This document shows positions 52,327 through 62,103 of a DNA stretch of 64,000 nt, piece after piece. The stretch spans positions 77,107-141,106 of the forward strand of contig BOKZ01000001.1 in the NCBI GenBank assembly GCA_016861245.1, read 5' to 3'. Position 1 is the stretch's first letter. Each line of letters begins with the position of its first letter. Position numbers and translations under genes: made by a program. Under the pieces are notes generated by a model. That model saw only the letters and a program-made list of their open reading frames with translations. It was not told where the DNA came from and did not search any database. Origin of the DNA: Patescibacteria group bacterium (GTDB lineage Bacteria; Patescibacteriota; UBA1384; 2-12-FULL-50-11).

Positions 52327-53655
52327 CTACAAGCTCGTTTTAATCTCGAGTATCTCGGCTTCGAGACTCTGAAGTTTTGCCACCAGGTGTTCGTAGCCAC
52401 GCTGTAATACTTTGAAATTACTTATCGTCGTATCACCTTCAGCGATTAACGCCGCTACGACGTACGAGAACCCAGCCCGCAAGTCTGGCACCTCAATCTG
52501 GGCGCCATGAAGCTTGGTTGGGCCTTCAATAGTGACGCTTTGACGATAGTTACGCTTGCCGAACCGCGATTTAATTTGATCTGGAGACTCTTCGAAAATT
52601 TTAATTTTTGCTCCCATATCATTCAGCGACTCGGTGTATCCAAACCTGTTTTCGTAAACTGTTTCGTGAACCACCGACTGCCCCTTGGCTTGCGTTAGTG
52701 CCACCACGAACGGCTGTTGCCAGTCGGTCATAAAACCCGGGTGGACATCGGTTTCGAGGGTGATTGGGGTGATGTGCCCATTCTCTCGGTAAAAAGTTAT
52801 CCCATCTCGGTTAACGTCAAAACCGCCGCCGATCTGTCGAAACTTGTTCAAAAATGTCATCATCGGCAGCTGCTGAGCGCCACGGACAAAAATACGGCCG
52901 TTGGTCCCAATCGCCGCACACGCCCAGGAAGCGGTTTCGTTGCGATCCGGCATACCGGTGTGAACCGTTCCCGAGAGCGAATCGACGCCTTCCACGTAAA
53001 TTGTTCGGTCGGTGTCGACTGAAATTATCGCGCCCATTTTCTGAAGCATGGAGATCAAATCCATTATTTCTGGCTCGACAGCGGCGTTATGAAGCTCAGT
53101 TAATCCGTCAGCCAGAACTGTCGAGAGGATCACTTGCTCGGTTGTCCCGACGCTCGGGTATTCCAGGGTAATTGTCGTTCCACGCAGACCTTTCGTTACA
53201 AAGTAACCGCTATCGTCGTTTTCGTTGTAAATTGCGCCCAACTCACGCAACGCTTTAACGTGAAAGTCGACTGGTCTTGGACCGATATTGCAACCGCCTG
53301 AGTGCGGCACCACTGTGCGACCGAAACGATGCAATAGTGGGCCACACATTAAAATTGGGATACGACTCCGGCCAGAGATGCCCTTAAGATCGTTCGGCTT
53401 CATCTCGCGAATATTTTTTGCGGTAATTTGTAAGGTGCCGGGACGAATCTCCTCGATTTCAACACCAAGCCTTCGAAAGATTGTCGACATTATCTCGACG
53501 TCCTCAATCTTGGGCACATCCCGAATGATCACCGGTTCGTCGGTTAATAGCGCTGCTACCATCAACTTTGGTACGACGTTTTTACCGCCACGCAGAACAA
53601 TCTCACCGATTAACGGTTTGCCACCTCGAAGTTTAATATAATCGGACGCGCTCAT
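52327..53655 (-). CDS. murA: UDP-N-acetylglucosamine enolpyruvyl transferase
   Basis: GGKN, GGCNIGPRPVDFH (Cys retained), SVGTTE, PGFMTD, ENRF, DLRAG, RGYE. Confidence 0.96.
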   Translation of the reverse strand: MSASDYIKLRGGKPLIGEIVLRGGKNVVPKLMVAALLTDEPVIIRDVPKIEDVEIMSTIFRRLGVEIEEIRPGTLQITAKNIREMKPNDLKGISGRSRIPILMCGPLLHRFGRTVVPHSGGCNIGPRPVDFHVKALRELGAIYNENDDSGYFVTKGLRGTTITLEYPSVGTTEQVILSTVLADGLTELHNAAVEPEIMDLISMLQKMGAIISVDTDRTIYVEGVDSLSGTVHTGMPDRNETASWACAAIGTNGRIFVRGAQQLPMMTFLNKFRQIGGGFDVNRDGITFYRENGHITPITLETDVHPGFMTDWQQPFVVALTQAKGQSVVHETVYENRFGYTESLNDMGAKIKIFEESPDQIKSRFGKRNYRQSVTIEGPTKLHGAQIEVPDLRAGFSYVVAALIAEGDTTISNFKVLQRGYEHLVAKLQSLEAEILEIKTSL

Positions 53656-53661
53656 CCGACA

Positions 53662-54096
53662 CTACTGTGCCGGCGCCGCAGGAGTCTCACCAGATGGTTT
53701 AGCTTCGCCAGCCGCTTTCTTCTCAAGTACCGCGTGGATTTTTTGGATAACGTCACCTGGCATCGTCTCAGATTTAACGATGTAATCGTCTGCACCGCGA
53801 GTAATGCTTTCCATTTTCTCACGATCCTGAATAAGCGCTGTTAAGACGATAACGGGAATCTCACCTGTCTCCTCTTGCTCTTTCAGGCGCTTTAATACAT
53901 CGAGACCGTTAATTTTCGGCATCATCACGTCAAGCAAAATTAGATTCGGCCGTAAATCGGTTGCTTTTCTAATTGCTTCTTCGCCGTCTTTTGCCATCTC
54001 AACGCTAAAGCCCTCAGCTTTGAGACGCTCGGCGTACATCTCTCGAAGCGTCAGGTCGTCATCAACAAGTAGTATGCTTTTGTATGTATCTGCCAT
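53662..54096 (-). CDS. Single-domain response regulator (receiver)
   Basis: LLVDDD, LLDVMMP, LTA, GADDYIVK. Confidence 0.93.
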   Translation of the reverse strand: MADTYKSILLVDDDLTLREMYAERLKAEGFSVEMAKDGEEAIRKATDLRPNLILLDVMMPKINGLDVLKRLKEQEETGEIPVIVLTALIQDREKMESITRGADDYIVKSETMPGDVIQKIHAVLEKKAAGEAKPSGETPAAPAQ

Positions 54097-54167
54097 TAGT
54101 TCCCTTTCTGTTTCTACCCTAACAAATATGATTAACTTTGCAAATTGGGTGGGGCAATCGGCGTTAT

Positions 54168-56441
54168 TTAAATTTTACCGTCTACGGATTCGGCGATAAT
54201 TGTCGGTACGTCTTTGGTGCCAACTTCAATTTGCGCTTCGGTAATTGGCTTCTCTAAGATTGCCCCTTCAAGCTGTTTCGGCGCTTCTTTCAATAGCGGA
54301 ATCTCAAAGATAAACTTCGAGCCCTTGCCCGCTTCGCTTTCAACCCAAATCTTACCCTTGTGCAACTCCACGAAGTTCTTGCCGATATACAGACCGAGTC
54401 CGGTTCCCTGGTGCTCGTCGATCTCACGCTTAACCTGAGAGAACTTCTGGAAAAGCTTCTTTTGATCTTCCTTGGCGATACCGCGACCGGTGTCGACAAC
54501 TGTCACCCGGATAAAATCGCCTTCGGATTTGCCGATGTTGATTGTCACTCCGCCTTTGTCAGTGAACTTTAACGCGTTACCGGTTAGATTAACGATTACT
54601 TCACGGATGCGGTCGGGATCGCACCAGAGTTTTGGCAAGCCTTTTTCCGCTTCGATCTTCAAGTAAATCTTTTTACTATCTGCTTTAATCTGCAACTCAT
54701 GCACTACGCTCTCGGCTAACTCAACCATGCTTACCTGGGAAAACTTCATCTTCAAACGGCCCTGCTCGATTCGGGAGACGTTCAAAAGGTCGAGAATCAG
54801 CTCAGCCAGACGTTTACTACTGGCGTACGCCCGAGATAGATACTCTTTGCTTTTAGCGTCGACTTTCCCCATCCCCTCGTCGAGAACCATCGAAAGATAG
54901 CCTTCAATCGCTGCTAACGGCGTATTGAGCTCGTGCGAAGCCATCGAGATAAACTCGTCCTTCATCTTGTCTAATTGGCTAAGGTATTCGTTAGCGTCTT
55001 TAAGCTTTTGGAACGCCTGAGCACGTTGAATCGCCAAGCTCATGTCGTCGGCAATGGCCTTAGCGATCTCCACGTCTTTCCCGTGGAGCCGACTTTTCTC
55101 GACCTTATAAACAAACATCATTACCCCAAGCGGCTCGCCGCTGGCATAAAGCGGCAGCGCTACTAAATGTTTGGCTCCGATCAAGCGCTGTAGCGTTTTT
55201 GCCACCGGACGACTAATCGGCGGACAGATAAACGCATCCAGACTGTCGCCCTCGACCATCTTTTTCTCGATGAGCACCTCGTGCAAACCATTAAACTCCT
55301 TCTTTATTGGGTAGCTATATTTTTCTAAATCCTCTCCTACTAGTGAGTAAACTTTGCGGGTAAAGGTGTTGGTCGAGACGGTATAGGCGACAAGGTGACC
55401 GCCGCGGACGATCGAAAGGAAGGCGCCAACGCAGTTTTCTAGTTGAACAGGGATTTCGTCGAGAATTTTCTGCGACATCGCCTTCATATCCATCTCATTC
55501 AGGACGATATCGGATACGCGCTGCAGCGCTGCTAAGCTTTTATTGCGTTGCTCAAGCTCTTTGAGAGTTTCAATTTTTTCCTTCGCTAACTTCTCTATTT
55601 CTTCCCTTTTATCAACTTCAGTTCGAACTGACTTAATAAGAACAATTCCGCCGACCGCAAGTGATAAAGTCAGGAGGCCTCCTGTGACTAATTGACTGCC
55701 TGAAAGTGCGATAGTCTGGACCAAGGCAATAGAAACCACAACACCAACTGCAACTTCTGTTAGCAAGACCTTAATGTTGAATAATCTGGTTTTTAAGATC
55801 GCATATGTAATAGAAATCGGAAAAGCAAGAACGAGTATGTTACCAACTGGTGGTATGTCGATGCCATACCACTGAGGATAGTTTGTTGCCCCACCCAACA
55901 ACCCTACGGTCGCCCCAATAATTAGATACTTTTCCTGCAGTAAATCTACCGCTTTTAACCCCGACTTTCTTGATAATAAGTAAATGGAGAAAACAAGGGC
56001 AGCAAAGAAGAAAACGAGAAAATATATATAAAAATCGCCAGCTATTGGCCAGAAAGTGAACCACCTATTTGGGGCGACTCGAGATATAAAGTTTTCGGAA
56101 ACAAGACTTGCATAGGCAAATGTTGTAGAAAGAATATAACCAGATATAACCGAAAATTTAAACTTTGGATATCTATTTATAAATAGTACAACAAAATGAA
56201 GGTAGAAGACCGGAATGAAGGCAGCCCCCAACATGAATACTTTTGCCCACAAAAGTGCAGCGGTCGGGTCGGTGGCCGAGAAGGAGTTATAGTAACCGAA
56301 TCCCCACACTGCCAGTGATAGACCCAAAAGACCAAACACCCTATTCACAGCAGCGATTGGGTTACTAAATACTACTAGTCCTCCTAGGGCTAGGCTTGCA
56401 ACTGCTATAATTAACCCTGTAAACGCGATGAGTTGTTGCAT
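54168..56441 (-). CDS. Sensor histidine kinase: 7TM-type membrane sensor plus GAF, HisKA and HATPase
   Basis: Multi-TM N-terminus; PLYASGEPLGVM (GAF); SHELNTPL; NLTGNALKF; DTGRGI; GTGLGL. Confidence 0.93.
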   Translation of the reverse strand: MQQLIAFTGLIIAVASLALGGLVVFSNPIAAVNRVFGLLGLSLAVWGFGYYNSFSATDPTAALLWAKVFMLGAAFIPVFYLHFVVLFINRYPKFKFSVISGYILSTTFAYASLVSENFISRVAPNRWFTFWPIAGDFYIYFLVFFFAALVFSIYLLSRKSGLKAVDLLQEKYLIIGATVGLLGGATNYPQWYGIDIPPVGNILVLAFPISITYAILKTRLFNIKVLLTEVAVGVVVSIALVQTIALSGSQLVTGGLLTLSLAVGGIVLIKSVRTEVDKREEIEKLAKEKIETLKELEQRNKSLAALQRVSDIVLNEMDMKAMSQKILDEIPVQLENCVGAFLSIVRGGHLVAYTVSTNTFTRKVYSLVGEDLEKYSYPIKKEFNGLHEVLIEKKMVEGDSLDAFICPPISRPVAKTLQRLIGAKHLVALPLYASGEPLGVMMFVYKVEKSRLHGKDVEIAKAIADDMSLAIQRAQAFQKLKDANEYLSQLDKMKDEFISMASHELNTPLAAIEGYLSMVLDEGMGKVDAKSKEYLSRAYASSKRLAELILDLLNVSRIEQGRLKMKFSQVSMVELAESVVHELQIKADSKKIYLKIEAEKGLPKLWCDPDRIREVIVNLTGNALKFTDKGGVTINIGKSEGDFIRVTVVDTGRGIAKEDQKKLFQKFSQVKREIDEHQGTGLGLYIGKNFVELHKGKIWVESEAGKGSKFIFEIPLLKEAPKQLEGAILEKPITEAQIEVGTKDVPTIIAESVDGKI

Positions 56442-57433
56442 TAACCTTCTTTACGAAAGCTGCAAATCATATGTATTCCTATTGGCTCAGACACTAATTC
56501 GTAATCATAATAGCCGCTCTCAGCAAGGATCTTCCTGAACTCCTCCTCAGTTCTGTAAATCATCGGCCAATTCATTACGTATCTTAGAAAATACATTTCT
56601 CTATTTGGTTTAACCTGGCTAAAAATAATACTCCCGCCTGGTGCAAGTAATTCTTTTATCTTCTTTAGTAAGTTAACTGCCTTCTCTCTGTTTCTATATT
56701 CAAGGAACCCCACCATCTCGATAATATCTGGTCTATAGTTGCCTAGAAGTTTTTTCATATCAGTTGTACTCCCCACTATCATTTTGCAGCGATTAGCAAC
56801 GCCTAGCTCAGTTGCTAAGCTTTGCGCATAAGCCGACGCAGTAGGATCGAGATCAAGGAGTCTAAATTCGAAATTAACCTGATGTTTATCAACGACCTCA
56901 GCTAGTGTTTCTAATACTGCACGGGCAGATCCACTGGCTATCGATAGTAAGCGTATTGTATCTTGTGATTTTCTTCCTACAATTTCTCTACTCAGGATTT
57001 CCTTTGTTAATCTTAATCTGTTTCTAACAGCCTTAGCATTTTCAAGACCATTCCAGTAAAGAGCAATTCTATCGAGTGACATTTTTTTGGAGAGGTAGTT
57101 AGGCAGGTTGTATATTATTTCTAGTGCCCTCCAGCTATAAGCATTGTCTTTAACGTCACGACATATTTGGCTAATACCGTCAAACCAAAAACTGTTAGTC
57201 TTTAAATTCTTTCCCAAAAAACCTTTCTTAACCGCCGTGATCACTGTAATTATCCAAATAAATAGGATCCGGAATCCAAAGATCGAGGCTGACTTCTCAA
57301 ATTCGTCACCTCCTACACGTGTAGCTGAATTTTTATCCTTTAAAATCTCCGGGTATGACTCTCCCAAGAAATCCTGGTCTATAGGATTAAAAACTGCCTC
57401 ACCAGCGGTATTTTCGCTAATTCTTTCTACCAT
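56441..57433 (-). CDS. Class I SAM-dependent methyltransferase, PhcB/YnbC-C-terminal-like
   Basis: LEIIY, AKAVRNR, LLSIASGSAR, LLDLD, MVGFLEY, LAPGG, WPMIYRTEEE. Its stop overlaps the HK start. Confidence 0.75.
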   Translation of the reverse strand: MVERISENTAGEAVFNPIDQDFLGESYPEILKDKNSATRVGGDEFEKSASIFGFRILFIWIITVITAVKKGFLGKNLKTNSFWFDGISQICRDVKDNAYSWRALEIIYNLPNYLSKKMSLDRIALYWNGLENAKAVRNRLRLTKEILSREIVGRKSQDTIRLLSIASGSARAVLETLAEVVDKHQVNFEFRLLDLDPTASAYAQSLATELGVANRCKMIVGSTTDMKKLLGNYRPDIIEMVGFLEYRNREKAVNLLKKIKELLAPGGSIIFSQVKPNREMYFLRYVMNWPMIYRTEEEFRKILAESGYYDYELVSEPIGIHMICSFRKEG

Positions 57434-57474
57434 ATGATATAAAAGTAACATAATTACTATAAGTTATATAAGAA

Positions 57475-58854
57475 ATGTCTCTATTCTGGTTTCAGTTTAT
57501 CGTTAGTGCTTTTTTGTTTTGGGTTGGTGTTTACTTGGTTAGTAGGAACATACGGAGCAAAACTGCTTGGGTCATTTTCTTTTTTCTTTTTAGTTTGAGT
57601 TGGTACATACTCGTCGTGGATGCGATTACCCCTCTTTTTACAGATGACCGACTCACCTCAGTATTCTTGTATCATCTTACGAATTGGTCATACATCTTGC
57701 CCATTCCATTGCTGCTCCATTTTGCCTTACTGGTAACACAGAATTACAAAAAATCTATATGGATACAACTATGGTTTATATATTTCATTGCTATTCTGCT
57801 CATAATACTCTCCAGTACTTCAAACCTAGTTATAGACTACAGTTCCCTATTAATTTCAGACGAGAGTTTTGGTGAGTTTTACAAGAGGGGCCCGTTATTT
57901 AATGCAATAGCACTAATCGTGGTATGGGCTATGTCTGCATCACTCTACGCCTACATAACTGCGCGCAGTAAAGTGAATGATAGTCGAAGGAGAGCTAAGT
58001 TTTTATTGCCCATCATTGCCTCTGTGCTCTACATTATTTCAGGGTTGTTTTTAGTCTATGTATATCAAACCGACAACTACTTCCTCGCCGTCTATTCAAC
58101 CTCACCCCTGCTTATTGTGCCTGTGTTCTTTATCGCAGTGTCGATTTTCCACTATGGCCTAATCTCCGACATTGAGGGGTTGTTTGAAATTAAAGAGTTT
58201 ATCTACTTGTCTTGCGCGATTGCCTTAATAACGTTATTACCAGCTATGGTTTTCAGCCAACATATTATTCCTGAAGTGGGTCGAAACGCTCAAGCAATAC
58301 TTGGTGCATTTGTGTTCTTTTATATCTTCTCTCACAGCTTCTACGATTGGTTCACAACTTTCTTAAGGGACTTACTATATAACACCGGAAAAGGATTCTC
58401 GCTAATTACCGATTCGGACGTCAGCAACTTAATAAAAGATTTTCATGTACCAGAAAAGCTAGAAGTAAATCCTCTAACTAAATTTAAAATAACGAAACAA
58501 GCTGCCGATAATGGAAAATTAGTAGACTCAGCCCAGGCTATTGTTCGTGAAGCGATCGAATACTTTAAACAGTCAGATTACCCAAGACGCACGAAGCAGA
58601 ATCTGAAATATCAAATACTTAAGATGTTAGCGCTCGACAGTGCTGAGGAGGGTCAGATTCTTTGGGAGTTGGGGTTCGACGGGTACCCGATGAAGATACT
58701 CGCCGGCGAGAACCAAACACGAAAGCCGTTATTTAGAATCGAGTCGATGAGCGATTATACAGCTACATCCCGAAACGCTTTCATTGCGTTAAAGAAAGAA
58801 GCAATCCACGACTTAGCATGGAGGCTAAGCTATCTGGAAAGACATTCCAATTAG
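57475..58854 (+). CDS. 7TM-type membrane sensor with a C-terminal cytoplasmic, probably HTH, domain (one-component regulator)
   Basis: About 9 TMs, LLHFAL, RGPLF, no kinase motifs; tail REAIEYFK..YQILKM...QILWELG...SRNAFIALKKEAIHDLA. Confidence 0.6.
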   Translation: MSLFWFQFIVSAFLFWVGVYLVSRNIRSKTAWVIFFFLFSLSWYILVVDAITPLFTDDRLTSVFLYHLTNWSYILPIPLLLHFALLVTQNYKKSIWIQLWFIYFIAILLIILSSTSNLVIDYSSLLISDESFGEFYKRGPLFNAIALIVVWAMSASLYAYITARSKVNDSRRRAKFLLPIIASVLYIISGLFLVYVYQTDNYFLAVYSTSPLLIVPVFFIAVSIFHYGLISDIEGLFEIKEFIYLSCAIALITLLPAMVFSQHIIPEVGRNAQAILGAFVFFYIFSHSFYDWFTTFLRDLLYNTGKGFSLITDSDVSNLIKDFHVPEKLEVNPLTKFKITKQAADNGKLVDSAQAIVREAIEYFKQSDYPRRTKQNLKYQILKMLALDSAEEGQILWELGFDGYPMKILAGENQTRKPLFRIESMSDYTATSRNAFIALKKEAIHDLAWRLSYLERHSN

Positions 58855-58859
58855 TTCAA

Positions 58860-60029
58860 TTACTTATAAATAATTTTTGAAAGATTGCTTGGTGCGAATA
58901 TCTCAGAATATATCCTTCTGGTCATCTCTGGCGTGATATTTTTGAAACTAATCATATGTTCCTTGTAATTCAACTCTTTGCCTTCGTATAAAATATCGTC
59001 TAGCGCGTTACTGAAGTACTCACCATTGTTCTGTTGTATTTGTTTAAAATATTCACTATTTCTTCTCTTATGCTTTTCTATTACAGCCTTAGACAACCCC
59101 ATCTCTGATAAATGTTTCAGCGAGCTCATTAGTATATTTGTCGCTTCATCAACCACATGAGGCATACATACAATTGATATAACGGCTTGCCCATAACTAA
59201 GGCCTATCCAGTGATTGTAATCCAACGAGTAGACACCTAACTTTCGTAACATAAGGAACGGACTGTGTTTTGAATGTCCACGCAGCTCACGCAGTGCAAG
59301 GTTTACGGCTATTCTCTTCTCTCTTTCATCGCAGTACCCAAACGTTTTCATCGCCAAGTAAATTAGTACTTGTCCCTTAGCATCACTTGGTAATTCCTCA
59401 ACACTTTCAATGCGAGGTCCAACTGTCACGAAACTAGGAATGACACTTTTAGAATTATCTGGAAAGTTACTGCTAACCAAAGAAGAGATGTGGTGTCGAT
59501 CTTTTTTTGACAAACCGTTATATCCGACTATAACCGTGACTGGGCCTTGATTTATTATCCCCCGATGGTACTGTGCAAGCTCACCAAGCTGAAACCTAGG
59601 CACATTCTCGATCTCCCTATAAACACTACTATAATGTGCGAGCGTTTTCGTGAGCACACCTTGAAATAGCTTGTTGTATAACACCGCTTCACTGGATTTC
59701 ATTTCGTTGATTAACGCCTGCTTCTCGAAATTCAGCAATTCCTCTTGAGTAAAATCTGGCTTAGTGACATATAGCAAAAAATTTTCCAACTGCTTAAAAA
59801 GTTTTTTCTTTGTCGTATTCAGCGAGAACCACAGAAAGTCCCTATCGATGTATGCGTTAGTATCCAGATTGTAATGTTTCTGAAAAATCCCGCCGTTTAT
59901 ATAGTGGTCAAGTAGGTGACCAATCCCTTGATTATCCCTATTCTCGCTATCCCGGCCCGCATTGGTAAAAACGCGAATAAATACTTCATTGCTTTTTCGA
60001 GGTAGCCTTACAAAATGAATTTCAGTCAT
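58860..60029 (-). CDS. M16 (insulinase-like) peptidase with HxxDH variant motif
   Basis: AGRDSE..QGIGHLLDH, TNAY, EKQALINEM, LRKLGVYS, ITPE. Confidence 0.75.
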   Translation of the reverse strand: MTEIHFVRLPRKSNEVFIRVFTNAGRDSENRDNQGIGHLLDHYINGGIFQKHYNLDTNAYIDRDFLWFSLNTTKKKLFKQLENFLLYVTKPDFTQEELLNFEKQALINEMKSSEAVLYNKLFQGVLTKTLAHYSSVYREIENVPRFQLGELAQYHRGIINQGPVTVIVGYNGLSKKDRHHISSLVSSNFPDNSKSVIPSFVTVGPRIESVEELPSDAKGQVLIYLAMKTFGYCDEREKRIAVNLALRELRGHSKHSPFLMLRKLGVYSLDYNHWIGLSYGQAVISIVCMPHVVDEATNILMSSLKHLSEMGLSKAVIEKHKRRNSEYFKQIQQNNGEYFSNALDDILYEGKELNYKEHMISFKNITPEMTRRIYSEIFAPSNLSKIIYK

Positions 60030-60051
60030 TAATTAGGAAAAATAGAAATCA

Positions 60052-60444
60052 TTACTTTTTCTTGAGAAACCATTTAATCGATTCACCTGGATAGCCGTAT
60101 ATTTCCCCAGTGCGGCAGACGTAACTTTCTCGGGACAATTTCCCGCTGCGATAACTCTGTATAACCCTATCCATTTCCCGCATCTTTTCTGCGGCGTCTT
60201 TCCTGTAGACATGTAGTAAGTATCTGTCTTCGCCATGCTTACTCAATGCAACTTCACAACCATACCCCTTAGCAAGTTGCTTTAGCTCTACAAAGCCTCC
60301 GTTACTAATATCGTTTCTATTAAGTCCAGTGTCTAGACATGCGATGTCTCTTGTTCTGTTTCTAATTAATAACGCATATACAACCAGCTGCCCGGCCAAA
60401 AAAGCCTGCCTATGTTCTCCATATTTATATCTTATAGGTTGCAT
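60052..60444 (-). CDS. Hypothetical protein with a C-terminal GxxxGYP motif
   Basis: GEIYGYPGESIKWF. ATG at 60444 lies 6 nt after TATAAT; alternative start GTG at 60474. Confidence 0.65.
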   Translation of the reverse strand: MQPIRYKYGEHRQAFLAGQLVVYALLIRNRTRDIACLDTGLNRNDISNGGFVELKQLAKGYGCEVALSKHGEDRYLLHVYRKDAAEKMREMDRVIQSYRSGKLSRESYVCRTGEIYGYPGESIKWFLKKK

Positions 60445-60489
60445 ATAATAATTATACTTGGTCGCCGTATCCACCAGCGACCAAGCTGG

Positions 60490-60573
60490 TTACTCTTCGT
60501 AGCCACAGTTTGGGCAAACCCAACCGTCGTCATCCTCTATCATCTCTTCATCGCAATTCGGGCAATTCATCAT
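60490..60573 (-). CDS. 27-aa CPxC/CPxCG zinc-ribbon microprotein (not in the ORF track)
   Basis: MMNCPNCDEEMIEDDDGWVCPNCGYEE with AGGAG SD. Confidence 0.75.
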   Translation of the reverse strand: MMNCPNCDEEMIEDDDGWVCPNCGYEE

Positions 60574-60708
60574 AGTCTCCTGTAAGGTACTCAGGAAGTT
60601 TCCTTCCTGGCAGCACGATCATCCAGGAGTTCGCCCAACTAAATCTATACCGGAACAGTACCGCAAGAGTATGGATCCAGTTGCATCTTACACTCGAAAA
60701 TGTCCTAG

Positions 60709-62103
60709 ATGAAACAGAAATTTGATTCCAAAAAAAGAATAGACGGCCATATATTACAGTCGGTTTTTCTGAGAGACTCGGATATCATTCCTCAGAGCCA
60801 ATACGTTGGTCTCGAATTAGCAAAATACTACTCATTAAACTTCCGCTTGACTGTTGAACACATTTACTACTCGCTTTACGCCAAATTCCCAGAGTGTAGG
60901 GTCGCTGTAGGTATATATGGCTCTGCGGGTCGTCAGGAAATGGCAGCATATTCGGACGCAGATGTCCTAATTATTACAGGAAGCGAATCGACACAAGAAA
61001 GAGAGTTTAGGAAGCAGTTCTCTATCGAGATGGCCAAGTTCGGCTATTCGAAGGTTGATATACCAGATTGGGGGACAATCAGGCTGCTGTCAAAGATTTG
61101 CTCAACCAACATTGTCGAAGGCAACCAAATACTCGAGTCTAAAATTGTGTGCGGTGATCCAAGCTTGATTAAGAGTTTTAGAGCTATGGTGAAGAAGCAA
61201 AATACACTAGAACGGTCCAAGCGAAACATTCTTTTTCAGCTGTTTTGCTATGACTATTACTACTCAAAGAGAAGAAAAAACGGTTATATTAATGTTAAAT
61301 ACTCGGCTGGCGGAACGAGGGACATATTATTTTTTATTTGGATCGCACGGCACACTGCAACCAGTGTAGGGATACAACCCCCGATTAGTATCACAAACTC
61401 ACTATCCCTACTTTTTGAGCATGGAAGTGTAAACAGATCAGAGTATGAAAAACTGTTACGCTCAATTTCAAACGTAATGTTGCTGCGTTCTGAAGCGCTC
61501 AAAATTAATAAAGGTACTGATTATAATGGGCTATCGCTTATAGAAACTAACTTACAATCACTACAAAAATCGACAACAATTCGGCACCTTTTCCCAGACA
61601 GCTCTTTCTACGAATTTACCGATTCAATGCGTACAATCGCAAAAATAAAGGAAAAGTTGGTGAATGGTTTTATTACTGAAAACTTTGGCTATAGAGGAAA
61701 GCTGATAATACGAGCAAGGCAGCAAGCTGCAAAGAACAAACTTCTTAAACCGCTTACCGACAACCGCCCAGAAATTATTCTGGCCAATTTATGGCTGATC
61801 GGAGAAAAGATTGACTCGCAAAAGTTACTACAGTCTATTAGTAAACAAAAACAGTGGAGCTGGGAATTCATGGCAAGTATGTTGAGCTTGAATGATCTTC
61901 CACAGTCAATTATTCATAGCATTACTGAATTCGTTCTTGGGAAAATGGAGTACGGCTACATACTTAAGCTAGTCGCTCAGCACCCACACACCTCAAAACA
62001 AACCTTGCGCTTGATATTGAATTCAAAAATAGATGAGCGCTACAAACAGTTGGCTAGGATAGCGAAGAGCGCTGGTAACTCTCAAACCAATTTCCAAGTA
62101 TGA
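60709..62103 (+). CDS. GlnD/GlnE-like nucleotidyltransferase with a helical C-terminal extension
   Basis: YGSAGRQE...SDADVL; NVKYSAGGTRDI; VAQHPHTS..TL repeat-like tail. Confidence 0.75.
   Translation: MKQKFDSKKRIDGHILQSVFLRDSDIIPQSQYVGLELAKYYSLNFRLTVEHIYYSLYAKFPECRVAVGIYGSAGRQEMAAYSDADVLIITGSESTQEREFRKQFSIEMAKFGYSKVDIPDWGTIRLLSKICSTNIVEGNQILESKIVCGDPSLIKSFRAMVKKQNTLERSKRNILFQLFCYDYYYSKRRKNGYINVKYSAGGTRDILFFIWIARHTATSVGIQPPISITNSLSLLFEHGSVNRSEYEKLLRSISNVMLLRSEALKINKGTDYNGLSLIETNLQSLQKSTTIRHLFPDSSFYEFTDSMRTIAKIKEKLVNGFITENFGYRGKLIIRARQQAAKNKLLKPLTDNRPEIILANLWLIGEKIDSQKLLQSISKQKQWSWEFMASMLSLNDLPQSIIHSITEFVLGKMEYGYILKLVAQHPHTSKQTLRLILNSKIDERYKQLARIAKSAGNSQTNFQV

Noticed and set aside
60033-60236. 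67-aa alternative-frame ORF
   Set aside because: Nested within the better-supported 60052-60444 gene and has no motifs.
60490-60573. LysW carrier protein
   Set aside because: Half the usual length, lacks the EDWGE terminus, and no LysX/ATP-grasp gene is nearby.
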